From positions 113,492-177,491 of the forward strand of contig CAZBGZ010000002.1 in NCBI GenBank assembly GCA_964491925.1: a stretch of DNA of 64,000 bases, in the 5' to 3' direction. Below are positions 27,153 through 36,440 of this stretch, in pieces. The notes under the pieces are model-generated. The model searched no databases and was not told the origin of the DNA. It worked only from the letters and a program-made list of their open reading frames with translations. Each line of letters starts with the position of its first letter. The first letter of the stretch is position 1. The position numbers and the translations under genes were made by a program. The DNA comes from an uncultured Candidatus Saccharibacteria bacterium (lineage in GTDB: Bacteria > Patescibacteriota > Saccharimonadia > Saccharimonadales > JAGQNJ01).

Positions 27153-27230
27153 AATGTTATTCTATAATATATATCATGATTTGTAAATGTTAAATGCTTA
27201 AGAAAGACTTAATTTTGATATAGTTATTAT

Positions 27231-27491
27231 ATGGATAGATTGATTATTGATGTTCGTGAACCAGAAGAGTATGCTCGTGCTCATGTTAACGAGGCCATCA
27301 ACATACCGCCAAGTGAACTAATGGCCGGCAGCGATAAATTGAAAAGCACGCCCAAAGACACCGAGCTAATCCTATACTGTGTCAGCGGTTCCAGGTCTAA
27401 CGTGACTGCGCACATTTTGCAGGGCCAAGGTTTTACCAACATAGTCAATGGCATAAACCAAGATCAGGTCAAAGCTAAATACAATCTATAA
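27231..27491 (+). CDS. single-domain rhodanese-like sulfurtransferase
   Basis: 86 aa. 'LIIDVREPEEYARAHVNEAINIP' and the active-site loop 'LYCVSGSRS'. Confidence 0.8.
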   Translation: MDRLIIDVREPEEYARAHVNEAINIPPSELMAGSDKLKSTPKDTELILYCVSGSRSNVTAHILQGQGFTNIVNGINQDQVKAKYNL

Positions 27492-27558
27492 AACACTGCT
27501 TAGGCATTGGGAAATTGGATAATATCTTTCTGGTGTATAATTACACTTAAGGTAAAAT

Positions 27559-29265
27559 ATGAACCCTGAAACAATTCAGTCACAAGACCCAATTCCCCCT
27601 CAGTCTCCGGTCATTGCCCCTATAAGCCCTGAGCCAAAACAATATAGAAAACATAAGCAACTAGTGATTTTTGGAGCACTTTTATTTTTCGTTATTTTAG
27701 GTGTATTTTTTGGTGTAAGACATCTTAATAAACAGAATCCAGCAGAGGCTGAGTCAAAAACACTAAAGTCATTTGGTGTTATTGGTGACGGCACCTCAGA
27801 CGACACAGTTGCTCTACAAAAAGCTATTGACTACACAAGCAAAAAACATGGGATACTAACCGTTCCCCCTGGTAGATACCGTATAACAAAACCGCTATTC
27901 ATGAAATCCAATCTTCGGCTCCGTGGCACGCCTGGCAAAAGCATCATTGTGCAAACAGAAAGCCCTTATGACATGGTGCTCGGTAATGCTTTTCCGTCCA
28001 ATTATGATAAGCGCAAGCCAGATTTTCACGGAAAACGCGGATATTTTGAAAACTTGGCTACCAAGCAAACTACTTGGGCTAAAGGATCAAATTCTCTTAC
28101 GCTGAAGTATCGTAGTGACGTCAAAAAACTCAAAGCCGGAGAAATAGTGTGCGTTCGTTCAACGAAGCAATTTGACAATAATGATGGTTGGAGTCAGCCG
28201 GATTTTGTACAATTCACCCGTATTGAAAAAATCTCTGTTAAGAGTCGCCATCTTACATTTGCCGACAAGGCCCTGAATAACATTGGTGACCCTCAGGACG
28301 GCCCGCCACAAATATGTAAAATAGATGGCTATAATCCACATCTAAGCTATATCATGGATCGCGATGTTCCTTGGTATGCAGTACAATCATCTGAACTATC
28401 AGGGATTGTTTTCGAAGGTGGCGAGATCGGGCTGGCTGCTGGCTTGTGTTATTCTTGCATCGTAAAAGATATACAATTTAGGGGCGTCGATAGTCCAATA
28501 GCCCTTAACGCTTTAGTAAAAAACACGTTCACCAATATTTCGGGTGATTACACCACAGAGGCGGTCGAGGCTGCAATGTCTTCGACTCAAACCACATTCA
28601 AAAATCTAAATTTTACTTATAGACCAATTAGCTGCTCCCTAAAATCACAGCCAGATCCCCTTAAATGTTCCCCGCCAGTTCCATCGTCTAAACGTCCGGC
28701 AAACTGTTCGATAGCTCAATACCCCAATCCAATGGATTGTCCGCTGGTTGCTTCACCGGCAATATCGGTTGGAGAGCGTTCTGTGGGTATAACGTTCGAT
28801 AATTTCACCCTAACTGTTGGTCAAAATGCAACCCTACATGGCCGGCTAATTGGCATTGGTGATGCCCAAAACATACGCATCATAAACTCTCACATCAATA
28901 CTAGCGGTGGTGGTGGCCAGCAAGTTTTCGAGATCCGGGGCAACTACAATGCTGATGCCGGCTCAAAATTCCTTGTGAAAAACTACACTATTGCAAACAA
29001 TGTCATAAAACTGGGGATAGCAAAAGAACAGCTTGCAATAATAGTCGGTAGCAAAAAGCAGCCAATCCAAAATTTACACTTTAGTAATAACAAGTGGTCA
29101 GGGACCAGAACATCGACCGGACAAGCCTACTGGGCAGGAAATTACGTAAAAAGCTGGTCTGTTACCAACGAATCTATCCCTGTTGCTACCCACTTCCGTG
29201 TCACCCATGATGCAACGCATTTCAATAACGACCCAGTTACAAAAAACGTAACATTCGGTAACTAG
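27559..29265 (+). CDS. membrane-anchored right-handed beta-helix protein (pectate-lyase-superfamily / tailspike-like glycosidase or lyase)
   Basis: 568 aa. Pro-rich N-terminus plus a TM segment ('LVIFGALLFFVILGVFFGV'). 'FGVIGDGTSDDTVALQKAIDYTSKKHGILTVPPGRYRI' matches the Pectate_lyase_3-type N-terminal signature. There is also a Cys/Pro-rich insert. Confidence 0.6.
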   Translation: MNPETIQSQDPIPPQSPVIAPISPEPKQYRKHKQLVIFGALLFFVILGVFFGVRHLNKQNPAEAESKTLKSFGVIGDGTSDDTVALQKAIDYTSKKHGILTVPPGRYRITKPLFMKSNLRLRGTPGKSIIVQTESPYDMVLGNAFPSNYDKRKPDFHGKRGYFENLATKQTTWAKGSNSLTLKYRSDVKKLKAGEIVCVRSTKQFDNNDGWSQPDFVQFTRIEKISVKSRHLTFADKALNNIGDPQDGPPQICKIDGYNPHLSYIMDRDVPWYAVQSSELSGIVFEGGEIGLAAGLCYSCIVKDIQFRGVDSPIALNALVKNTFTNISGDYTTEAVEAAMSSTQTTFKNLNFTYRPISCSLKSQPDPLKCSPPVPSSKRPANCSIAQYPNPMDCPLVASPAISVGERSVGITFDNFTLTVGQNATLHGRLIGIGDAQNIRIINSHINTSGGGGQQVFEIRGNYNADAGSKFLVKNYTIANNVIKLGIAKEQLAIIVGSKKQPIQNLHFSNNKWSGTRTSTGQAYWAGNYVKSWSVTNESIPVATHFRVTHDATHFNNDPVTKNVTFGN

Positions 29266-29269
29266 ATTC

Positions 29270-29920
29270 ATGAAAATAAAACGTAGTTTATTACTTGGGT
29301 TCAGCCTCTTTGTTGGATTATTTTTTGTCGCTAGTTCACACCCCAAAAATGCCTCAGCCGCCGCCCGAATCAGCATATCTCACAGTACTGTTAACCTAAC
29401 TGAGGGTGAATCCCAAGTTATAACAATAACTCTCGATGAACCTATTATCGCACCAGGTCCGGACGACGGTTATGTCGATATCGATATCGATGTAGATGGA
29501 TCAGACAGAATTTCGCTTGATACCGAAGCGGTCTCTATCCCAGCATCAGAGTGGTTTCAGCCCCACACATTTATCGTTACGGCCATCGATGATGGTATCG
29601 ATAACGGTGACGAGACTGCATCTGTTATAACCTTGAGTGCTGTTTCTAATTCTGAATACTATAGCGGTTTTAACGCCGCTAATGTTTCTGTCAATGTCAC
29701 TGATAATGACGATACACCTGCCGTAGCTGACACAAGCAATTCTACTAGCCAAGATAACGAACAATCCAATACAACCACCGTCGCCGTACTCGCCAACACT
29801 GGCCAAGATGTCCAATCCGTCACATACCTGGCGTATTCACTTCTCGTGGTCGGGCTAGCCTACCGATTTCTGCACTATGTTTTGTACAAAAGAGGTCGTT
29901 ATAATAAAGCAAAGCGATGA
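29270..29920 (+). CDS. sortase-anchored surface protein with Calx-beta-like domain (LAxTG sorting signal)
   Basis: 216 aa. A signal peptide and a Calx-beta-like acidic domain ('VNLTEGESQVITITL...TAIDDGIDNGDETASVITL'). The C-terminal 'LANTG' is followed by a hydrophobic helix and the basic tail 'KRGRYNKAKR'. Confidence 0.7.
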   Translation: MKIKRSLLLGFSLFVGLFFVASSHPKNASAAARISISHSTVNLTEGESQVITITLDEPIIAPGPDDGYVDIDIDVDGSDRISLDTEAVSIPASEWFQPHTFIVTAIDDGIDNGDETASVITLSAVSNSEYYSGFNAANVSVNVTDNDDTPAVADTSNSTSQDNEQSNTTTVAVLANTGQDVQSVTYLAYSLLVVGLAYRFLHYVLYKRGRYNKAKR

Positions 29921-30546
29921 CTGTTAACGCCAAAACACCTTTGAAAATAGTAGAGGAAGTCTTTAGTAGCCTGACCCACGGCCTTGGCGCCGTACTAGGG
30001 ATAGTTGGCTTGATAGTCGGCCTTATCATGTTGGATGCATCGACAGCTTTTACAATTAGTTTTTGGGTCTATTCAATCTGTTTAGTACTACTAATGACAA
30101 CATCATCCCTATACCACGCGCTAAAATTCACTCGCGCCGCCAAAGTGTTTCAAATACTCGATCACGGTGCAATATTCTTGTTGATCGTAGGTTCTTTCAC
30201 TCCGTTCATTGTCGCAATGTACAATGGGTGGCCGATGACTATTTTATTGGCATTCGTCTGGGGGTTAGCTATTGCAGGGGTTGCCTTGAAAGCAGCCATG
30301 CCCAAGTCTATGGCAAAATTTGGGGTTGGCATTTACATAGCTTATGGATGGCTAGCGATCCTGTTTACTCCAAAGATGAGTTCCTTGCCCACCAACGTAA
30401 TGTGGTTACTTTTAATAGGTGGGGTTCTATATACTACTGGCGCAATATTTTTAGCCAGCAAGAAACCCTTCATGCATGTTACCTGGCATGTGTTCGTTGT
30501 GGCCGCTGCTTGTATACATTATTTCGCCATTTTGGGACTAGCCTAG
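29917..30546 (+). CDS. hemolysin III / PAQR family membrane protein
   Basis: 209 aa with 7 TM segments. 'FSSLTHGLG', 'SSLYHAL', 'LDHGAIFLLIVGSFTPF' and 'HVFVVAAACIHYFAI'. It overlaps the upstream gene by 4 nt. Confidence 0.85.
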   Translation: MTVNAKTPLKIVEEVFSSLTHGLGAVLGIVGLIVGLIMLDASTAFTISFWVYSICLVLLMTTSSLYHALKFTRAAKVFQILDHGAIFLLIVGSFTPFIVAMYNGWPMTILLAFVWGLAIAGVALKAAMPKSMAKFGVGIYIAYGWLAILFTPKMSSLPTNVMWLLLIGGVLYTTGAIFLASKKPFMHVTWHVFVVAAACIHYFAILGLA

Positions 30547-30595
30547 CCTTTTTTGCACAAATACAGCCCCTCTAGGACGAACCCTACTAAGCGTT

Positions 30596-30642
30596 GTAAT
30601 CATACGATCATTTAAACGAGCTTTCGCTCGCAATATGATTAC
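30596..30642. terminator. compound hairpin between convergent genes (candidate bidirectional terminator)
   Basis: GTAATCATA (30596-30604) pairs with TATGATTAC (30634-30642). An inner hairpin is CGAGC-tttc-GCTCG (30617-30630). There is no flanking U-run, so terminator function is uncertain. Confidence 0.3.
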
Positions 30643-30655
30643 TTGTAGACTTTAG

Positions 30656-30859
30656 CTAGACATTAAGAAGTTGCAACACGTGGTACAAAACGTAGGCTGG
30701 CCATACACAGGCTTTTAGAAAAGCTGCGATAATGTTCCAGAACCCGTCGACTTGGCCGACGAAATAGACCACCGCCCCAATCCATGCTACGAACAGGACG
30801 AAACCTGCTGGACCACCACTGTTGTTTACTACGTTTGCCGTTTTTTTAGCTTTTCCCAT
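30656..30859 (-). CDS. small two-TM membrane protein, unknown function
   Basis: 67 aa with two hydrophobic helices after a basic N-terminus. It is adjacent to the PspC-domain gene. Confidence 0.5.
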   Translation of the reverse strand: MGKAKKTANVVNNSGGPAGFVLFVAWIGAVVYFVGQVDGFWNIIAAFLKACVWPAYVLYHVLQLLNV

Positions 30860-30873
30860 AAACTCTCCTTTAG

Positions 30874-31092
30874 TTATTTATCTGTTTTCTCTGGCATTAC
30901 CACAGCTGCGATTATGTATCCCAATAACCCAGGAAATAACCCAGTCATAATTGATGCGATGACCCAACCTAACCTGACTAACGTAGGATCCGCGTCAAAA
31001 TACTCTGCGATTCCGCCACATACACCAGACAACATTTTGTCATCAGATGATAAATATAACTTTTTTACTCCTTTTTTTGCAGACGATGCCAT
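30874..31092 (-). CDS. PspC-domain membrane protein
   Basis: 72 aa. '[36 protein letters not shown]' is a classic PspC domain plus one TM segment. Confidence 0.8.
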   Translation of the reverse strand: MASSAKKGVKKLYLSSDDKMLSGVCGGIAEYFDADPTLVRLGWVIASIMTGLFPGLLGYIIAAVVMPEKTDK

Positions 31093-31163
31093 AATAGATT
31101 GTCTCCCTTCCTACCTACTATTTTACACCCTAAATGCTAGCTCTTGCCAGTATCAGATAGTAT

Positions 31164-31565
31164 CTAATTAGTGAACTGAGCCATTCTTTGGGCATAACGG
31201 AACAATGCCTCGTAAGCCGCGTCTTTTTCTCTCCATGCAACAGGATATGTTCTTTCTCGATCTTCTGACTGATAAAAAAAGCCTTTCCTCTCTGTTGCCC
31301 TGCAAAGCAGCACCATAACATCATGTCTCATAGCCGCAAACCCAGCAATCATTTCAGCCCTCTCTGTTCTAAGAAGAACATGGTCTTGAACGCGATCATA
31401 AGTTGGCATCACCCTATAACTAGAATCGTCGGCCACCGAAAAGCCCTGCAAACCAAGCTCGCTATCGATCACCTGCACTAGATGAGTCCCAACATCCTCT
31501 AGCAAAGCCGCATTGGTTCTAACATCCATTAGTTCAAAGGCGACTTGCGCTCTACGTTCAGACAT
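31164..31565 (-). CDS. hypothetical protein
   Basis: 133-aa ORF with soluble, Arg/Asp/Glu/Ala-rich composition. No motif recognised. Confidence 0.45.
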   Translation of the reverse strand: MSERRAQVAFELMDVRTNAALLEDVGTHLVQVIDSELGLQGFSVADDSSYRVMPTYDRVQDHVLLRTERAEMIAGFAAMRHDVMVLLCRATERKGFFYQSEDRERTYPVAWREKDAAYEALFRYAQRMAQFTN

Positions 31566-31698
31566 AATTTTTATATACTACAATGTTATTTGATTTTTTC
31601 AAAATTTTAATTGGAGTATAGATTTTTATTAAGGGTTAGATGCTGGTATTTATTCATCACGCAAGCACTGACCTACAATCGTTCCCAGTATATTTTTT

Positions 31699-32298
31699 CT
31701 AGTTAAGTAAATCGTCCCAATCACCATGCGGAATCTGCAAAGCCAACGCTTGGGCTCTTGCGGTTGCCCAACCTTCATCCAATAGACTTAGGGCAAACTC
31801 CATACCTATTTCAGCCCCCAGGCCCACATCTTCATCAGCATTTGATACCGCAACATAAGTACCGACCAAATCAATGAAATCACCTGCATCAGGTTTGTGT
31901 AGTGCCCGCGCCACTTCATTCCTCTCTGCAATAATTTCAATTTGTCGTTCCGCCGATGCACTCTCCAGATCTTTTATGCCAAGATGGTCCACATTGATGC
32001 CAACAATCGCTAGCCCAGCAAGGGGCTGCACCAAACCCGAACTACAGTAGGCTGAAAAAATAAGACTGGCACATTCAATGAAAGTTTCTCTAAACTGGTT
32101 TTTTGCCGGGTCAATTGTTGGCTCTGGGTATATTAGACGGCATATTCTCTGCATGTATGCTGGTAGTCCGGTCCTGATTGTCTCCTTTTGGGCAGCGTCA
32201 ATAACTACTTTTAGTCCAACATCTGCAATAAGGCCCTCAATAACACCACACGTTGTTAGTTCGTATCTTTCAGGTAGCAATTCTTGCGGTGTAGCCAT
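31699..32298 (-). CDS. hypothetical protein
   Basis: 199-aa ORF that looks acidic and soluble. No motif recognised. Confidence 0.5.
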   Translation of the reverse strand: MATPQELLPERYELTTCGVIEGLIADVGLKVVIDAAQKETIRTGLPAYMQRICRLIYPEPTIDPAKNQFRETFIECASLIFSAYCSSGLVQPLAGLAIVGINVDHLGIKDLESASAERQIEIIAERNEVARALHKPDAGDFIDLVGTYVAVSNADEDVGLGAEIGMEFALSLLDEGWATARAQALALQIPHGDWDDLLN

Positions 32299-32371
32299 AG
32301 TTTACTCTACCAGTTTCAATCTAAATTAGACTATTTGCAAGCATTAAAACTATGCGAAAAACTGAATAATA

Positions 32372-33904
32372 CTAAGAAGTGAGGCGTAAGCGTGCAATCA
32401 ACCAATTACGTGGCAGAATACTTAGAAACCACCCCGCTCTAGGACCAGATGTTTTTGCAATCAAAGCCAGATAAAGAGTTATGAAAAGTTCTCGTGACTG
32501 AAGGCCAGATGTTTCTTTCAAATCATATATGGCTTTATGGAACCATTCTCCATCAGCATCCTTCGGCGCATCTGTGATTTTGTTAGCCAGTTCATTCATG
32601 AATTTCCTTTGTAATGTGCTAAATTGTTTTGAATCTACTTTATCGGCCAGTGAAAATTTTATATCATCTGGCGCATATTTTTCTAACCATTCATCTATAA
32701 AACGAAGTTCATTTTTAATAACACCCGCCTGCTCACTCGCTACATCTGCATGTTCTGTTCGTTTAATGACATCGATTGTCATATCAGCGTCTTTCAACGA
32801 TGCTTGGTAGCTAGCCACCAAATGAGAAAAGGGGATATTGCTAACAGTGCGTTCAGAAATCCCGTAATTACATAGGTCTATTAGTTGTTTCTCTGACTCC
32901 GACTTATCAGGCTTCGCTAGCAATTCGCTGTATTCATCAACGATGCGCATCAATGTTTCGCCTTCATCAAAGAATAACTGCTTTTCAGGTGCAAACTTGA
33001 GCATAAAATACCAAACAATTTCCGGTGGCAACATATCCAATAGTTGTGCGGCAGTAATTGTATCGCCGCCGCTTTTGCTCATTTTTTTTGTTTCGCCTGT
33101 TCGATTAATAAAATGATAAGGAATTGGATATGGTGCGTCGTGATTGAACACATTTTTGACAATAGAAGCACCGGTTTCATATGAACCGCCTTTTGTGGCG
33201 TGGTCGCGACCAAACGGCTCGGCGTCTACACCCAGCAATGCCCAGCGTGCAGGCCAATCAATCCGCCAATTCAGCTTTACCTTGCCATCTGTGTAGCTAA
33301 TTGTCTGGGGTTTTCCATCTTTGTCTTCGTATCGTATCTGTTTTTTGCCCAGATCAATTTCTAAAAATTTTCGATTTTTCAAATAGCCATCTTCGATAAC
33401 TTGGACCGGCGACCAGTTTTCGTCCAATTTCCTGCCAGATATTTTTTCTAATATAGTTCTGATTTCTGCGATTGAGCCTAAAGCTTGTTCAATCGCCAGA
33501 ACAAAAAAGCCAGATCTATATTTTTCATGTGCACGCATGAGTTCCATTTCTAGACGAAGATCCTCAGCCACTTTTGGTAACTCTGCTAAATAATAATCTG
33601 CGTAGCCTTTACTAGACCCATCCGGCGCTGGCACATCACAAAGTGGCAAACCAAGATACTTGGCATAATTTTCAGGCAAACCCTTCGGCACCTTTCGAAA
33701 TACATCTAAATCATCGGAAACATGGATATGCCGGCTATCGCGCCCCCGACGCTTTAGTTCGCGCATAATAACCTCTGCTGTCATAACCTCGCGCAATGTC
33801 CCCACGTGGTAGGCACCAGATGGAGATACGCCAGAAGAAACCAGAATTTCCCCCTTAGGCTTGCGCTTGATCAGCTCATCGACAACATTATTTAACCACT
33901 GCAT
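32372..33904 (-). CDS. lysK: lysine--tRNA ligase, class I (archaeal/spirochaete type)
   Basis: 510 aa. 'SSGVSPSGAYHVGTLREV', 'DDLDVFRKVPKGLPE', 'RIDWPARW' and 'KMSKSGG' align by eye with the class I LysRS of Borrelia and archaea. Confidence 0.85.
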   Translation of the reverse strand: MQWLNNVVDELIKRKPKGEILVSSGVSPSGAYHVGTLREVMTAEVIMRELKRRGRDSRHIHVSDDLDVFRKVPKGLPENYAKYLGLPLCDVPAPDGSSKGYADYYLAELPKVAEDLRLEMELMRAHEKYRSGFFVLAIEQALGSIAEIRTILEKISGRKLDENWSPVQVIEDGYLKNRKFLEIDLGKKQIRYEDKDGKPQTISYTDGKVKLNWRIDWPARWALLGVDAEPFGRDHATKGGSYETGASIVKNVFNHDAPYPIPYHFINRTGETKKMSKSGGDTITAAQLLDMLPPEIVWYFMLKFAPEKQLFFDEGETLMRIVDEYSELLAKPDKSESEKQLIDLCNYGISERTVSNIPFSHLVASYQASLKDADMTIDVIKRTEHADVASEQAGVIKNELRFIDEWLEKYAPDDIKFSLADKVDSKQFSTLQRKFMNELANKITDAPKDADGEWFHKAIYDLKETSGLQSRELFITLYLALIAKTSGPRAGWFLSILPRNWLIARLRLTS

Positions 33905-33946
33905 AGTTTACTCTAGCTTACCTCAGTTAGATTTTATTCGCTAGTG

Positions 33947-34414
33947 CTATGAAATACTAACTACCTTGTAGGTAGACGTGTCTGCTGGTGTCACTATTTC
34001 AACTTTTTCACCTACTTTGCGGCCCATCAAAGCCTTGCCTATCGGCGATTCATCAGAAATTTTACCGTTTATGGGGTCGGCTTCAACAGTCCCTACAACT
34101 TTAAATTCTTTAGTTTTGCCACCATCATCAACCCCTATTAGTTTTACTCCAGAACCAAGTCGAACCTTGCTGTCGTTAGTTGGCTTCTTAATAATCTCTA
34201 CATTCAGCAAAATATTCTCGATTTCTGCAATTCGTCCTTCAACGTTTTCTTGCTCTTCTCTTGCGTTGGTGTATTCAGCATTTTCTGCCAGATCACCAAA
34301 CTCGCGAGCCGATTTAATGCGCTCTGCTATTGGCCCACGTTGTGCTACAAGCTGATCACGCTCTTGTGTTAGCTCCTCTACACCCTCTTTGGTTAGATGA
34401 AATTGTTTCTTCAT
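33947..34414 (-). CDS. greA: transcription elongation factor GreA
   Basis: 155 aa. 'LTKEGVEELTQE...I..AREFGDLAENAEY..AREEQ..VEGRI.EIE' and the C-terminal FKBP-like domain 'ISDESPIGKALMGRKVGE'. Confidence 0.9.
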   Translation of the reverse strand: MKKQFHLTKEGVEELTQERDQLVAQRGPIAERIKSAREFGDLAENAEYTNAREEQENVEGRIAEIENILLNVEIIKKPTNDSKVRLGSGVKLIGVDDGGKTKEFKVVGTVEADPINGKISDESPIGKALMGRKVGEKVEIVTPADTSTYKVVSIS

Positions 34415-34508
34415 AATGGACCCTTTTTTATTGCTCCTAATTTATCCTTGCATCTGTTATTTATTTGTTTCTGCGCTCAGGAGTCGCTGTATTATAACAA
34501 CCCTCGTC

Positions 34509-36203
34509 CTACCTGGCTAGCTTTTTTAATAGTTCGTCCTTGCATAGCATTTTTGTATCTTTGTCTGTTCGCTTCTTGTACTCGTACTTCTCCGCTTCAA
34601 CAGTCTTAGCACTGATAACGACACGGTGTGGAATGCCAATCAGGTCTGCATCAGCGAACTTTTCACCTGGGCGAATATCTCGGTCGTCATATAGAACTTC
34701 CACGCCCTCTTTCTGCAAAGTTTTGTACAAATCATCAGCAGCCTCAGTTACCCGCTCTTCGTTGCCCAGACTAGCTAAATAAACTTTGAACGGCGCCACA
34801 TTTTCAGGCCAAATAATACCCCTATCGTCACTGTGAATTTCAGCAATTGCGGCCATGGTACGTCCTATACCAATTCCATAGCAACCCATATAATATTTCT
34901 GTCTTGAGCCCACCTCATTTGTGTATTCAGCCCCCTTCATGAGATCTGAATAGTGATATCCTAGCTGAAATATATTTCCTACTTCGATACCCTTTCGCTC
35001 AATCATTTTCTGGCCAGTTGGAGCAATATATCCAGCTTTAGCGAGTTTGATATCATAGTATTTTTCTGGCTCTTTTAAGTCCCTACCAAAATTAACGTTA
35101 ACCGAGTGGAAATTTGTTCGGTTGGCTCCCATTTCAAAATTTCGCCTACCCTCCATGGACTCATCCATAACGATAACAACATCTTTTGGCAAGTTGAGTA
35201 GTCCAGCATAACCAACTTCTGCACCTGTAACACGTTTTACCGTTTCGGCAGAAGCCAATGATAATGGCGAACCTTGTACTATAGACTGTAATTTTGTCTC
35301 GTTGATGTCAAAATCACCACGAACGGCTGCTGCCACAACCCTATCTTGCTCGTCCTCGAACAAAATTGTTTTCGTTGTCTGCCTAGGAGTAATATTCAAA
35401 AATTTCGCTAATTCGTCCACACCAATGATGCCTTTTCCTTCGACTTCTTCCATTGGTCGTTCGGATTCATCACTCTTCTGTGTATCGTATTTAAAGGTCG
35501 CTACATCTTCATGAGCAGCGTACTCGCCATCTTCTGTTGTGAAGTATGTGCTTTCCCCAATCTTAGTTTCGGCTACAAATTCGTGACAGTATTCTCCACC
35601 AATGTATCCATTGTCCGCAGCAACCACATCAGTTTTTAGACCCAATTCGTTAAATATTTTACTGTAGACGTTCCACATCTGTTGGTAAATTTCTTTAAAC
35701 TGCTCTTCAGTACTAAAACTATAGGCATCCTTCATGATGAACTCTCGAACGCGTAATAATCCACCCCGAGCACGCATCTCATCACGAAACTTCATAGAGA
35801 ACTGATACAAGTTAAATGGTAAATCTTTGTAACTAACGTTGAATTTGCGTACAAGATCAACAATCATCTCTTCAGCCGTGCCGCCTAGTACAAAATCTGC
35901 CCCGCGTCGATCGGTAATTTTCATCAGCTCAAAGCCAGTTGTGTCGGTACGGTTAGTTTCTTTCCATATTTCCAGGGGATGAAGAACAGGAGTAACTATC
36001 TCCTGAGCACCGGCACTATCCATATGATTACGTACTATATTAATTATTTTGTCGTGAACTTTTAGACCTAAAGGCAGCAAGTAGTACCTACCAGCCGTAG
36101 ACTCGCGAATAAAGCCCGCCTGAGTTAACAAACGGTGTGAATCGATCTTATAGTCGGCGCCTTCGTTCTTTGATGTTTTCCCAAAAAGTTGTGAGTATTT
36201 CAT
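34509..36203 (-). CDS. proS: proline--tRNA ligase (bacterial type with insertion domain)
   Basis: 564 aa. 'MKYSQLFGKTSK......SHRLLTQAGFIR', 'FRDEMRARGGLLRVREFIMKDAYSF' and the C-terminal anticodon-binding domain. Confidence 0.95.
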   Translation of the reverse strand: MKYSQLFGKTSKNEGADYKIDSHRLLTQAGFIRESTAGRYYLLPLGLKVHDKIINIVRNHMDSAGAQEIVTPVLHPLEIWKETNRTDTTGFELMKITDRRGADFVLGGTAEEMIVDLVRKFNVSYKDLPFNLYQFSMKFRDEMRARGGLLRVREFIMKDAYSFSTEEQFKEIYQQMWNVYSKIFNELGLKTDVVAADNGYIGGEYCHEFVAETKIGESTYFTTEDGEYAAHEDVATFKYDTQKSDESERPMEEVEGKGIIGVDELAKFLNITPRQTTKTILFEDEQDRVVAAAVRGDFDINETKLQSIVQGSPLSLASAETVKRVTGAEVGYAGLLNLPKDVVIVMDESMEGRRNFEMGANRTNFHSVNVNFGRDLKEPEKYYDIKLAKAGYIAPTGQKMIERKGIEVGNIFQLGYHYSDLMKGAEYTNEVGSRQKYYMGCYGIGIGRTMAAIAEIHSDDRGIIWPENVAPFKVYLASLGNEERVTEAADDLYKTLQKEGVEVLYDDRDIRPGEKFADADLIGIPHRVVISAKTVEAEKYEYKKRTDKDTKMLCKDELLKKLAR

Positions 36204-36305
36204 TGTTATTCCTTATTATAGCGTTTTTTTAATTATACGTTGATTTCAGTTTTATTGATTAAGTTCCAAGAGCTAAACAGCTGACTGGTTCTCACAATTC
36301 TACCA

Positions 36306-36336
36306 AAATATAAAAATCCCCTTTATATCGAGGGAT
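36306..36336 (-). terminator. candidate intrinsic terminator downstream of the CPBP protease gene
   Basis: The minus strand reads ATCCCT-cgatataaa-GGGGAT followed by TTTTTATATTTT. The stem is short (6 bp including one G-U). Confidence 0.45.
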
Positions 36337-36440
36337 GTAATATTTTTCCTTTTTTAATAAATAATCAATTACACCCGAACGGGCACCGTGGGTTCATAAT
36401 AAAGTGTGCTTATCAGATGGATCATCATTGTTATTGTATA

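Noticed and set aside
30063-30575. 170-aa track ORF overlapping the hemolysin III gene in another frame. The same applies to other long antisense or alternate-frame ORFs such as 15195-16039(+), 30752-31171(+), 57158-57586(+), 58995-59414(+), 59756-60277(+), 51908-52315(+), 22844-23206(+), 62954-63232(-) and 63347-63580(-)
   Set aside because: Each lies entirely within a confidently assigned gene on the same or the opposite strand. Their sequences are low-complexity or Cys/Ser/Arg-rich with no motifs. They are typical shadow ORFs.
36204-36320. Possible T-box or other leader upstream of proS, and checks of the glyQS, serS and lysK upstream regions
   Set aside because: No UGGUACC-type T-box core and no terminator/antiterminator pair is visible upstream of proS. 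The other three synthetase genes have upstream spacers of only 26-63 nt.
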